Shown here one piece after another: positions 46,087-56,778 of a stretch of 64,000 bases of DNA (position 1 is the first letter of the stretch; every line of letters starts with the position of its first letter). The position numbers and the translations under genes were made by a program. The notes below the pieces were generated by a model, which was not told the origin of the DNA, made no database searches, and saw only the letters and a program-made list of their open reading frames with translations. This DNA comes from a bacterium (GTDB taxonomy: Bacteria > Patescibacteriota > Minisyncoccia > Minisyncoccales > CG1-02-41-26): contig JAUVXX010000005.1 in NCBI GenBank assembly GCA_030603395.1, positions 885 to 64,884 of the forward strand, written 5' to 3'.

Positions 46087-47415
46087 CTAAGATTTATCTC
46101 TTAAGTCAATAAGTTGTAGTTTTCGATGATATTTTATGGCGAAGCGGTGAGCTTCATCTCTGATGTGTAAAAGCAAGTTGGAAATTTCCTGAGGAAGATT
46201 TTTTAACAAAATTGGTCTTTTCCGACCTTCAATATAAAGTTCATTTTTTCTTTTGGCTAAAGCTAAGACGCTGATAGACGCTGATAGACGCTGATAATGC
46301 TGATTTAGAATATTTATAGCTGCGTTCAACTGAGCTTTTCCTCCATCAATAAGCATTACCTGGGGAAATTTCCATTCCGGGTGATTGAAGCGGCGGGAAA
46401 TTATCTCTTTTAACATGGCGATATCATTCGGCTCTTTTAAAATTTTTATCTTGAATTTCCGATATTCCTTTTTGTCAGGTTCTCCCTTTTCAAAAACTAT
46501 CATTGCCCCGGTGGCCTTTTTTCCTTGAATATTGGAAACATCATAACCCTCAATTCTTAAGATTTTCTTTTTTACGCCCAAAATCTTTTTAAGGAGTTTC
46601 TCAATTTCTGGCCAGTTTTTCGGTGCTGGCTCAACCAAACCTTGAAAAACTCGAGCCTGCTCAAAAACATTGTTCAGGGCCTCAATTTGGTCTCGCAATC
46701 TGGCTGCTCTTTCAAACTCCTGTTTTTGAGAAGATTTTTTCATTTCTCTTTTTAAATCAATCAGGACTTGAGTTTTCTTTCCCTGAAGGACTTTTATTAA
46801 ATTCTTTGTATTTCTTTGCGACTCTCTTTTAATTTTTCCCTTCAATCCCGGGAGTTGCTTGGCTAAGCTAAGCAACAGGGTGCACGGTCCCGGGCAACGA
46901 TTGAGCTGGTACCAGAGGCAAGCTCTCTTAGGAATTCTTTTGCAAGAGCGATAGGGGAAAGCTCGGCGTAGAATTTTTAGGGTCGCTTTCAATGCTTTAC
47001 CGTCAACAAACGGCCCCAGGTAGTTAGTTTTTAGTTTATAGTGAGTAGTTGATAGTTTTGTCTGGTGGGTGATAAATATCCTCGGGAAATCTTCCTTGGT
47101 TATTCCCACAAAAAAATAATTCTTGTCATCTCGCCACAAAATATTGAATTTGGGCTGCTTTTCTTTGATTAAATTTGCTTCCAAAATTAAGGCCTCAATC
47201 TCTGAGTCGGTTTTAAGATAGCCGATTTTTTTAACGTCTCCGATAAAAAGCTTGTCTCGGAAGCCATTCTTGCGAAAATGATTTTTCACCCTTTCTCTAA
47301 TGTTGCCAGCTTTACCAATATACAGAATTTCTCGCCCTCTTTTAAAAAGATAAACCCCCGGTGCTTTGGGCAGAGAAGAAACTTTCTTTTTATCCAAGTA
47401 CCTAAACCTTGCCAT
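46087..47415 (-). CDS. uvrC: excinuclease ABC subunit C, short form without C-terminal (HhH)2
   Basis: 442-aa ORF; GIY-YIG (GVYLFKRGREILYIGKA), UVR domain, endonuclease region IDGGKAQL...RDEAHRFAI. Confidence 0.88.
   Translation of the reverse strand: MARFRYLDKKKVSSLPKAPGVYLFKRGREILYIGKAGNIRERVKNHFRKNGFRDKLFIGDVKKIGYLKTDSEIEALILEANLIKEKQPKFNILWRDDKNYFFVGITKEDFPRIFITHQTKLSTTHYKLKTNYLGPFVDGKALKATLKILRRAFPYRSCKRIPKRACLWYQLNRCPGPCTLLLSLAKQLPGLKGKIKRESQRNTKNLIKVLQGKKTQVLIDLKREMKKSSQKQEFERAARLRDQIEALNNVFEQARVFQGLVEPAPKNWPEIEKLLKKILGVKKKILRIEGYDVSNIQGKKATGAMIVFEKGEPDKKEYRKFKIKILKEPNDIAMLKEIISRRFNHPEWKFPQVMLIDGGKAQLNAAINILNQHYQRLSASISVLALAKRKNELYIEGRKRPILLKNLPQEISNLLLHIRDEAHRFAIKYHRKLQLIDLRDKS
46267..46305. 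repeat. 3 x 10-nt tandem repeat gacgctgata plus a degenerate fourth unit, inside uvrC
   Basis: units at 46267, 46277, 46287; encodes QRLSASISV. Confidence 0.9.
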
Positions 47416-47437
47416 AACTCCTTTATTTTACTATAAT
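47409..47437 (+). promoter_or_regulatory. putative uvrA promoter, leaderless geometry
   Basis: TTGCCA (47409-47414), 17 nt, TATAAT (47432-47437), 8 nt, ATG 47446. Confidence 0.55.
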
Positions 47438-47445
47438 AGATATTT

Positions 47446-50250
47446 ATGGCAAAGGACTACATAAAAATTCGACGGGCCAGGGTTCACAACTTGAAGAATA
47501 TTAATCTGGATATTCCCAAGAATAAACTGGTGGTTATTACCGGCGTTTCGGGTTCGGGTAAATCATCTCTGGCTTTTGATACTTTGTATGCTGAGGGCCA
47601 AAGAAGATATGTTGAGAGCTTATCAGCCTATGCCAGGCAATTTTTGGGAGTAATGCAAAAACCAGACGTTGATAAAATTGAAGGAATCTCACCAGCCATT
47701 TCCATTGACCAAAGAAAAGCCAGCCACAATCCCCGTTCCACTGTTGGCACCATGACCGAGATTTACGATTACTTAAGGGTGCTTTTTGCCAGAATCGGCA
47801 TTCCCCATTGTCCAAAATGCAGCAGAAAGGTTTCTCGCCAGACGGTTGACCAAATAGTTGAGCAGATTTTAGACATGCGAAAGGATAAGCACGAAGTGCT
47901 CATTTTGGGTCCGGTGGTTCGGGGCAGAAAAGGGGAGCATCGGGCCATCTTGGAAGAAATTGAAAGAGCGGGTTTTGTCAGGGTGAGAATTGATGGTCAC
48001 GTTCAGAGGATTGAAGAGGCGCTGACCGGGACTCTTAGCAGAAATAAAAAACACCATATTGAAGTGGTGGTTGACAGGTTAATCATAGAAGAGGGCTTAG
48101 AAAAATCCCGCTTGGTTGATTCAGTGGAAACCGCCTTGAAGTTAGGTAAGGGATTGATGATGGTAGATGGTTTGCTCTTCAGTGAGCATTTTGCTTGTGA
48201 ATATTGTGGAATTTCTTTGCCGGAACTTGAGCCTCGTCTCTTCTCCTTTAACTCGCCCTACGGAGCTTGTTCTGGCTGTCAGGGCTTGGGTAAAAAATTG
48301 GAAGTTGACCCCAAGTTAGTCATTCCCAACGAGAACTTATCAATTAGTGAGGGAGCAATTTTCCCCTGGGCTCACGCTTCGCATAAGGTTGGCCGTCAGA
48401 GCTATTTCTGGTGGCAGCTTCAGGACTTGGCTGCCGAGCATAACTTTTCTTTAGACACCCCGGTTAAAAATTTACCCCAAAAGGTTTTAGACCTTATTTT
48501 CAATGGCGATGATAATTTTGAAGGGGTAATTCCCAATCTTGAGAGAAAATATTGGGAAACGGAGTCGGACGCCACCAGAGAGGAGATTAAAAAATATATG
48601 AGAGAGAGGAAATGCGAGAAGTGTCAGGGGAAAAGATTGAAACTGGAGGCCTTGGCAGTGAAGGTGGCCGGGAAATCAATTGATAAAATAGTCGAGATGG
48701 AGATAGTCAAGGCCAAGGAATTTTTTGAAAAATTGGACAGACAAATACTTGGTGAATCAAAATTTAAAATTGCTCAAGACCTTTTAAAAGAGATTATTTC
48801 AAGATTACAATTCTTGAATGATGTTGGCTTGGATTATTTAACTTTATCAAGAGAAGCGGAAACCCTGGCTGGGGGAGAGGAGCAGAGAACTCGCTTAGCC
48901 ACCCAGATTGGTTCAAAATTGACCGGAGTTTTATATATTTTAGATGAACCCTCGGTTGGCTTACATGCCAGAGACCAAGCCAGATTGATTGAAACCTTGA
49001 AAAAGCTAAGAGATTTAGGAAATACAGTGGTCTTGACTGAGCATGATTATCAAACTATTCGCGAAACTGACTTTGTAATTGATATTGGTCCTGGGGCTGG
49101 CAAGCATGGCGGTAAGATTATTTTTGAGGGAACACCAAAGCAGCTTCTTCATTCGCATACCTTAACTGGAGATTATCTGGCAGGGAGAAGAAAGGTGACG
49201 GTCGAAGACCGTCATCCTGAGGAGCGAGGCGACGAAGGATCTAATAAAACCCAAAAAAACTATTTGGTTATCAAAAAAGCGACTGAGCACAATTTAAAAA
49301 ATATTGACGTTAGAATTCCTTTGGGTAAATTTGTTGGGGTGACCGGGGTTTCAGGTTCTGGTAAAAGCAGTTTGGTCCGAGACATCATTGCTCGAGCCTT
49401 GTATCAAAAATTCTATCACTCAAAGGAGGAACCCGGTAAACACCAAAAGATTTTGGGGACTGAATTTTTGGACAAAGTAGCCCTGGTGGACCAATCGCCT
49501 ATTGGCAGAACTCCCAGAAGCAATCCGGCAACTTATACCGGTAATTTCAGTTATATCAGAGACCTTTTTGCCAGAACCAAAGAAGCAAGAATTAAGGGTT
49601 ATCTTCCCGGAAGATTCAGCTTTAATGTTAAAGGTGGAAGGTGTGAGGCCTGTGAAGGTCAGGGACTCCGCAAGATTGAAATGTATTTTTTGCCCGACGT
49701 TTATGTCCAATGCCAGGAATGTAAAGGTAAGAGATACAACAAAGAGACCTTAGAAATTGAGTACAAGGGGAAAAATATTGCTGAGGTTTTGGAAATGACG
49801 GTTGAGGAAGCCCTGAAATTTTTTGAAAACATCCCCGGACTGCGCTACAAATTAAAAACTTTATCTGAGGTAGGGCTCGGCTATATTGAACTCGGGCAGC
49901 CCGCTCCCTCTTTGTCGGGCGGGGAAGCTCAAAGAGTAAAATTAGCTACCGAACTTTCCAGAAAATCAACCGGTAAAACCTTATATATTTTAGACGAGCC
50001 AACCACTGGTTTGCATCCCCATGACATCAAAAAATTAATTTTTGTTTTAAAAAGTTTAGTTGATAAAGGAAACACGGTTCTTTCCACGGAACACAATCTC
50101 GATTTTATTAGGAACACGAACTGGATTTTAGATCTCGGTCCCGAGGGAGGGGCTCAAGGCGGCTATATCGTTGCTGAGGGCACTCCTGAAAAAATAGCTA
50201 AAAACAAAAAAAGCTACACCGGTCAATATCTAAAGAAATATCTTGCTTGA
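47446..50250 (+). CDS. uvrA: excinuclease ABC subunit A
   Basis: 934-aa ORF; two ABC ATPase modules ([10 protein letters not shown] twice), Zn modules. Confidence 0.96.
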   Translation: MAKDYIKIRRARVHNLKNINLDIPKNKLVVITGVSGSGKSSLAFDTLYAEGQRRYVESLSAYARQFLGVMQKPDVDKIEGISPAISIDQRKASHNPRSTVGTMTEIYDYLRVLFARIGIPHCPKCSRKVSRQTVDQIVEQILDMRKDKHEVLILGPVVRGRKGEHRAILEEIERAGFVRVRIDGHVQRIEEALTGTLSRNKKHHIEVVVDRLIIEEGLEKSRLVDSVETALKLGKGLMMVDGLLFSEHFACEYCGISLPELEPRLFSFNSPYGACSGCQGLGKKLEVDPKLVIPNENLSISEGAIFPWAHASHKVGRQSYFWWQLQDLAAEHNFSLDTPVKNLPQKVLDLIFNGDDNFEGVIPNLERKYWETESDATREEIKKYMRERKCEKCQGKRLKLEALAVKVAGKSIDKIVEMEIVKAKEFFEKLDRQILGESKFKIAQDLLKEIISRLQFLNDVGLDYLTLSREAETLAGGEEQRTRLATQIGSKLTGVLYILDEPSVGLHARDQARLIETLKKLRDLGNTVVLTEHDYQTIRETDFVIDIGPGAGKHGGKIIFEGTPKQLLHSHTLTGDYLAGRRKVTVEDRHPEERGDEGSNKTQKNYLVIKKATEHNLKNIDVRIPLGKFVGVTGVSGSGKSSLVRDIIARALYQKFYHSKEEPGKHQKILGTEFLDKVALVDQSPIGRTPRSNPATYTGNFSYIRDLFARTKEARIKGYLPGRFSFNVKGGRCEACEGQGLRKIEMYFLPDVYVQCQECKGKRYNKETLEIEYKGKNIAEVLEMTVEEALKFFENIPGLRYKLKTLSEVGLGYIELGQPAPSLSGGEAQRVKLATELSRKSTGKTLYILDEPTTGLHPHDIKKLIFVLKSLVDKGNTVLSTEHNLDFIRNTNWILDLGPEGGAQGGYIVAEGTPEKIAKNKKSYTGQYLKKYLA

Positions 50251-50274
50251 CAAAAATTTTCTTGTGATTAAGAT
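50247..50274 (+). promoter_or_regulatory. putative groES-groEL promoter, leaderless geometry
   Basis: TTGACA (50247-50252, overlaps uvrA stop), 16 nt, TAAGAT (50269-50274), 8 nt, ATG 50283. Confidence 0.55.
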
Positions 50275-50282
50275 AGATTTAT

Positions 50283-52192
<1,910 letters not shown>

Positions 52193-52217
52193 ATTTTAAA
52201 TTTCTCTCTACTAAAAA

Positions 52218-52248
52218 CTCTCCCGAGATGATCGGGAGAGTTTTTTTT
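52218..52248 (+). terminator. rho-independent terminator of groESL
   Basis: ctctcccga-gatga-tcgggagag followed by T8. Confidence 0.88.
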
Positions 52249-52265
52249 GGTTAATTTATCCGCTC

Positions 52266-52541
52266 TTATCCTTTAACCCTTTGAACTTTTACTTCTACCT
52301 CTTGAAGGCCTATCTCTCCCTTAACACCTAAATGACTGAAATCCAATCTTTTGCGACATCGGGGGCAATAAAGCTCGAGAGAATCCTCCTTGTCCGCCAA
52401 TTTTGCTGAGATGATTTTATCGAGATGGTCTTTTACAACTCCATTCAGCGAAGCACCACAGGATTCACAACTATACCAGGAGTGCCCCAATTCTCTTTCA
52501 ATCTTGACACGTGTTGTTTCTTCTTTTATTTTTCTTCTCAT
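52266..52541 (-). CDS. small Zn-ribbon protein, function unknown
   Basis: 91-aa ORF; CESC...CPRC; canonical SD AAGGAG 8 nt upstream. Confidence 0.55.
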   Translation of the reverse strand: MRRKIKEETTRVKIERELGHSWYSCESCGASLNGVVKDHLDKIISAKLADKEDSLELYCPRCRKRLDFSHLGVKGEIGLQEVEVKVQRVKG

Positions 52542-52699
52542 CTTTTATTCTCCTTTCAAAGAACTTTTAGTAGTAAATTAACAGATATCTCTGTTTTTGT
52601 CAAAGAAAGCATAAGGTTAGAATAAAAAAATGCCCAGCGACGGGCTTTTTCTAAAAGGGAACAGGCGACTCTACTTAAGAGTAGGGCCGCCTATTGAAT

Positions 52700-53314
52700 T
52701 CATATTCTTTCTCTCACCTTTTTGGCAGCATCTATAAAGGGGATGGAGAGAAAGTATGCCATTGCTATCGGCAAAACCGCCATCCAGAGCATGACAAACA
52801 AAACCTCCCCCTTAACATTTCCATACTCTCTCTTCAGTTTTTCCAATCCTGAGGCCTTTTCCCTCCCTTCATTGATGAGTAAAATCTTCAGGAATTCTAT
52901 TATAACTATGTAGAAAACAAATCCAGAAATGACATCCTTTGCCCAATTCGGTATAAGAGTGCCGGGAAGCATCCTAATTCCTATCATCCCTATCAGACCA
53001 AGTGTGAGACCAACAGATTGAAGGAAGAATTTTTTTCCTTTCACAAATGCCCTAAGTGTTTCTTTTACCCCCTCCTTTACAAAGAGATAACCTATTTCTG
53101 CAGCGGCTACGATTAATATGGCTGGCAGAAAAAGCTGGGAAGATATTATATCCAGAGATACCAGCAACATAATTACTATCAGAGCCACACTAATGAGCAG
53201 AAAGTATAAAAAACTTCCTCTTTTCCCCTTTGGTCTTGAACGAATTTCTTTTCCTCCACAGTAAACAGAAGCAACCAAAGCTAATCCAAGGAAAATCGCA
53301 AACGGAATATTCAT
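52700..53314 (-). CDS. polytopic membrane protein, function unknown
   Basis: 204-aa ORF; about 6 hydrophobic segments; SD AAGGAGG (53322-53328) 7 nt upstream. Confidence 0.6.
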   Translation of the reverse strand: MNIPFAIFLGLALVASVYCGGKEIRSRPKGKRGSFLYFLLISVALIVIMLLVSLDIISSQLFLPAILIVAAAEIGYLFVKEGVKETLRAFVKGKKFFLQSVGLTLGLIGMIGIRMLPGTLIPNWAKDVISGFVFYIVIIEFLKILLINEGREKASGLEKLKREYGNVKGEVLFVMLWMAVLPIAMAYFLSIPFIDAAKKVRERI

Positions 53315-53396
53315 TTGTTAACCTCCTTTTTTGAGTTCTACTTTATCCTATAAAATCCCAAAAGAAAAAGCAAGCCCAAGATGAACTTGAAAAATC

Positions 53397-53963
53397 TCAA
53401 CTTCTTTTAGCGAGGCGTTTAATAAAGCTCTTTCTTCCAAATATAATCAAAAGAATAAAAAGGGCCACTAAAAATGCGACTGCATAGTAAATTCCTTTCT
53501 GAAAAGATATTCCACCAAAATAGTAGATTAAAAACATAATCGGAGCATTACCCAGCAATGACGAGAAGAAAAATTTTGAAGGACTGATTTTAGTTAGTCC
53601 TGCCGCATAACTTACATAATCAAATATTGGGCTGGTTGGTAACCTAATAGCAACCAGTGTCCAGAATTTCTTTTTTTCAGAGACAGTGCTTTCCCATTCT
53701 TGGACTTTTTGTAAAAAGGTAATCCGCTTTACTATCGGTTCTCTGAAGGTTCTGGCAATCCAAAAAGCAACCATGGCTCCTAACATAACACCAATTTCCG
53801 CATAGATAAATCCAAGGATTTTTCCAAAAGCGATAATGCCAATTACGTCAAAAACTATTCCGGGAATCGGTGGAATAATTGTAGATGTTGACCTGACAAT
53901 TATAAAAATAAAAGGTGCAACTATTTTATAATCTGAGAGTAATTGGACTAAAAATTCTTGCAT
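53397..53963 (-). CDS. DedA/TVP38 (VTT-domain) membrane protein
   Basis: 188-aa ORF; IIPPIPGIVFDVIGIIAFG VTT-like motif. Confidence 0.65.
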   Translation of the reverse strand: MQEFLVQLLSDYKIVAPFIFIIVRSTSTIIPPIPGIVFDVIGIIAFGKILGFIYAEIGVMLGAMVAFWIARTFREPIVKRITFLQKVQEWESTVSEKKKFWTLVAIRLPTSPIFDYVSYAAGLTKISPSKFFFSSLLGNAPIMFLIYYFGGISFQKGIYYAVAFLVALFILLIIFGRKSFIKRLAKRS

Positions 53964-53996
53964 ATTTTTCGATTATTTATGAATTCTTTATTCTAC

Positions 53997-54019
53997 CAAA
54001 AAATCGCCTCCTTGGCGAT
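53997..54019 (-). terminator. putative terminator downstream of 54106-54393
   Basis: minus strand atcgcc-aagga-ggcgat followed by tttttt. Confidence 0.5.
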
Positions 54020-54105
54020 AAATAAAAAATCCCTCTAAAATATTAAGGGTCAAAATAACGCGGGAGACAGAGAATCCATTAAATCTCTCTGTCCCCCCTT
54101 GCGTT

Positions 54106-54393
54106 TTACGATCCCTTTGATTTCCCCTTTTCTCTTTTGGGAACTTCCTTGGCCTCTTTTTCCTGTTCTTTAAGGGCTTGGATAGCTATACCTGCTATAG
54201 CTTGCTCTCCTGTTTTCTCTCCCGCTTTCTGAATAGCCTCAATCATTCCTGGGACAGCCTCTTTTGGGATTATTCCACCATGAATGTATATTCTTGCCAG
54301 GGTAACAAATCCATAAGCACCCAGGTTTGTAGAGAGTATCTCTTTAATCATTTCGTGAACAGGTTTTCTTTTCTTTTTTTGCTCCTCAGACAT
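54106..54393 (-). CDS. hypothetical protein, Lys/Glu-rich termini
   Basis: 95-aa ORF; SD AGGAGG (54401-54406) 7 nt upstream; no recognised motif. Confidence 0.5.
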   Translation of the reverse strand: MSEEQKKKRKPVHEMIKEILSTNLGAYGFVTLARIYIHGGIIPKEAVPGMIEAIQKAGEKTGEQAIAGIAIQALKEQEKEAKEVPKREKGKSKGS

Positions 54394-54555
54394 TTTCTCC
54401 CCTCCTTCTTAATTTAATCATTTCTTTCTAGAAGTTCTTGTGAAATTATTAAGATTTTCTATCTTGCCATACTTCAATAAAAAGGTCAAGCCCGTGTAAT
54501 GAGCTTTAATAGTGTTCAAGGTTTGATTATCTATCATCATTGTGATATTATAAAA

Positions 54556-55089
54556 ATGATGAATTGTCCAAGTTGTAAAATAGAACTAAAGAAGGCGGTT
54601 TTCTATGGGGTAGAGATTGACTATTGTCCCAAGTGCTTGGGGCTTTGGTTTGAACAGAACGAGTTGAGCGGAGCCAAAGACGAAAAAGACAAAGATTTAA
54701 ACTGGCTGGATATTCCACTCTGGCAAGACAAGGCAAAATTTCAGATTTCAAAAGGAAAAAAACTCTGTCCCTCTTGCTCCGTGCCGCTTTACCAGGTTAA
54801 TTACGGCGATTCTCAAATTGAGATTGACCTCTGCAATGTCTGTCAAGGAATCTGGTTGGACAGGGGAGAGTTCAAAAAAGTCATTGATTACCTGAAAGAG
54901 AAAGGTAAAAAAGAGGTTTTAGAAAATTATTTCAAAAATTTAATTGCCGAGGGAGTGGAAGTATTTACCGGACCCGAAAGCTTTCGCTCAGAGCTTTCAG
55001 ATTTTTTAACCATTTTAAAACTTCTTAATTACAAATTCGCCACCCAGCATCCCATCATCACTGAAATAATCTTAAACTTACCAAGGTAA
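54556..55089 (+). CDS. protein with two TFIIB-type Zn-ribbon (zf-TFIIB, PF13453-like) modules
   Basis: CPSC...CPKCLGLWFEQNEL and CPSC...CNVCQGIWLDRGEF; ATG 54556 preferred over 54499. Confidence 0.65.
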   Translation: MMNCPSCKIELKKAVFYGVEIDYCPKCLGLWFEQNELSGAKDEKDKDLNWLDIPLWQDKAKFQISKGKKLCPSCSVPLYQVNYGDSQIEIDLCNVCQGIWLDRGEFKKVIDYLKEKGKKEVLENYFKNLIAEGVEVFTGPESFRSELSDFLTILKLLNYKFATQHPIITEIILNLPR

Positions 55090-55119
55090 TTAAAGGTCAA
55101 AAATTAAAAAATAAAATCC

Positions 55120-55671
55120 ATGACTCTATATATAGTTTTATTCGTCATTCTCGTTTTTGTTCTCTGGTTTGCAGGGACTTTTAATAGTTTGGTCAAAAAG
55201 AAAAACCGGGGCAAAGAGGCCTGGGCAGACATTGATGTTCAATTGAAAAGGAGATATAATTTGATACCCAATTTGGTGCAAACAGTTAAAGGATACGCTA
55301 CTCACGAAAGAGAACTTTTCCAAAAGGTTACCGAAGCAAGAGCCAAGGCCATGGGAGCTCAAGAGATGAAAGAAAAAGCACAAGCTGAGAACATGTTGAC
55401 TAATACTCTGAAATCGCTGTTTGCAGTTGCTGAAAACTACCCGGACCTCAAAGCATCGCAAAACTTTCTTGAATTACAAAAGGAACTGCGCGATACCGAA
55501 GATAAAATTCAAGCTGCCAGAAGATTTTACAACAGTAACGTTAGGGACTTGAACATTAAGATTGAAAGTGTTCCCTCAAACGTTGTGGCTAAAATCTTTA
55601 ATTTTAAGAAAATGGAACTGTTTGAGATTGAGGAAGCCGCCGCCAGAGAAACCCCCAAGGTAAAGTTCTAA
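55120..55671 (+). CDS. lemA: LemA family protein
   Basis: 183-aa ORF; N-terminal TM; DVQLKRRYNLIPNLV and AENYPDLKA LemA signatures. Confidence 0.85.
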   Translation: MTLYIVLFVILVFVLWFAGTFNSLVKKKNRGKEAWADIDVQLKRRYNLIPNLVQTVKGYATHERELFQKVTEARAKAMGAQEMKEKAQAENMLTNTLKSLFAVAENYPDLKASQNFLELQKELRDTEDKIQAARRFYNSNVRDLNIKIESVPSNVVAKIFNFKKMELFEIEEAAARETPKVKF

Positions 55672-55681
55672 CAATTTAACA

Positions 55682-56587
55682 ATGGCCACACTTTATTCTC
55701 AAGCTGAATCCAATATCCGTAAAACTTGGCTCCTGATAGCTGTCTTTCTGGTGTTTATCATTGCTTTGGGCTGGCTTTTCAGTGAGCTTTTAGGAAGCTC
55801 TTTAATTTTAATCATCGCCATAATTTTCAGTGTTTCCATGAGCTTTTTTAGCTATTGGTATTCAGACAAGATTGTTCTCAGGATGACTAAAGCCCGTCCC
55901 ATAGAGAAGAAAGACAACCCCGAACTTTATCGGATTGTTGAAAATCTTTGCATTACTGCTGGCATCCCCATGCCCAAAATTTATATCTTACCAGAATCAC
56001 AACCCAATGCTTTTGCCACCGGCAGAAACGAAAAACGCGCCGTGGTTGCGGTAACGAAAGGGCTTCTGGATAAATTGGAGAGAGTGGAATTGGAGGGTGT
56101 CATAGCTCACGAACTAAGCCATATTAGAAACAAAGATATTCTTTTGGGAACGGTAGTTGTCATTTTAGCTGGCATCATTGCTCTGGTCTCTTACTGGTTT
56201 TTGAGAATCAGTTTTTGGGGAGGAATGGGCGGCAGAAGAAGTTCGCGAGATTCTAGCGGAGTAATTCTTTTAATCTTGGGATTGGTTGCTGCCATCTTAG
56301 CTCCTCTGGCCGCCACCCTGATTCGTTTAGCCATTTCCCGCAAAAGAGAATTTTTATCAGACGCTTCAGGAGCTCTTTTAACCAGATATCCAGAAGGGTT
56401 GGCTCGAGCTTTGGAAAAAATTTCAGCTGATGCTACTTTGATGAAAGTAGCCAACAGTGCTACTTCCCACCTCTTTATTTCTTCCCCCTTCAAGGGAAAA
56501 CAATCTAAAAGCTGGTTCACCAAACTTTTTAGGACTCATCCTCCGGTTGAAGAACGCACCAAAGCTCTCCGGGGCATGAAAATATAA
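55682..56587 (+). CDS. htpX: M48 zinc metalloprotease HtpX
   Basis: 301-aa ORF; HELSHI zinc motif, four TMs, C-terminal HPPVEER. Confidence 0.88.
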   Translation: MATLYSQAESNIRKTWLLIAVFLVFIIALGWLFSELLGSSLILIIAIIFSVSMSFFSYWYSDKIVLRMTKARPIEKKDNPELYRIVENLCITAGIPMPKIYILPESQPNAFATGRNEKRAVVAVTKGLLDKLERVELEGVIAHELSHIRNKDILLGTVVVILAGIIALVSYWFLRISFWGGMGGRRSSRDSSGVILLILGLVAAILAPLAATLIRLAISRKREFLSDASGALLTRYPEGLARALEKISADATLMKVANSATSHLFISSPFKGKQSKSWFTKLFRTHPPVEERTKALRGMKI

Positions 56588-56628
56588 CCTCCAAAATGAA
56601 AAACATTTTGGAGACCACAATTAAATAA

Positions 56629-56713
56629 GGTGGGGTACCAAAGTGGTTTAATGGAACGGCTTGGAAAGCCGTGACGTTTCGGCGTCTCGTGGGTTCGAAT
56701 CCCACCCCCACCG
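56629..56713 (+). tRNA. tRNA-Ser (anticodon GGA)
   Basis: acceptor GGTGGGG/CCCCACC, anticodon stem ACGGC/GCCGT, loop TTGGAAA, long variable arm, T arm GTGGG-TTCGAAT-CCCAC. Confidence 0.88.
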
Positions 56714-56742
56714 CATTTACAAATTAAAGGAGCGAAGCGACG

Positions 56743-56760
56743 GAATCCCACCCCCACCGC
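56743..56760 (+). repeat. 18-nt duplicate of the tRNA-Ser 3-prime end (gaatcccacccccaccgc)
   Basis: identical to 56697-56714. Confidence 0.9.
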
Positions 56761-56778
56761 CAGAATACTCTAAATATT

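Noticed and set aside
50200-50282. A CIRCE (HrcA) operator upstream of groES, and LexA-type boxes upstream of recA (34100-34133) and uvrA (47416-47445).
   Set aside because: No TTAGCACTC-N9-GAGTGCTAA-like or CTGT-N8-ACAG/GAAC-N4-GTTC-like palindrome is visible by eye, and the intergenic spaces are filled by the promoter hexamers. Absence is noted only as context for the leaderless finding.
54499-54555. A 19-codon N-terminal extension (MSFNSVQGLIIYHHCDIIK) of the Zn-ribbon protein.
   Set aside because: The family normally begins right at the first CxxC ribbon. A TGtGATATT -10 element sits inside the extension, 6 nt before ATG 54556.
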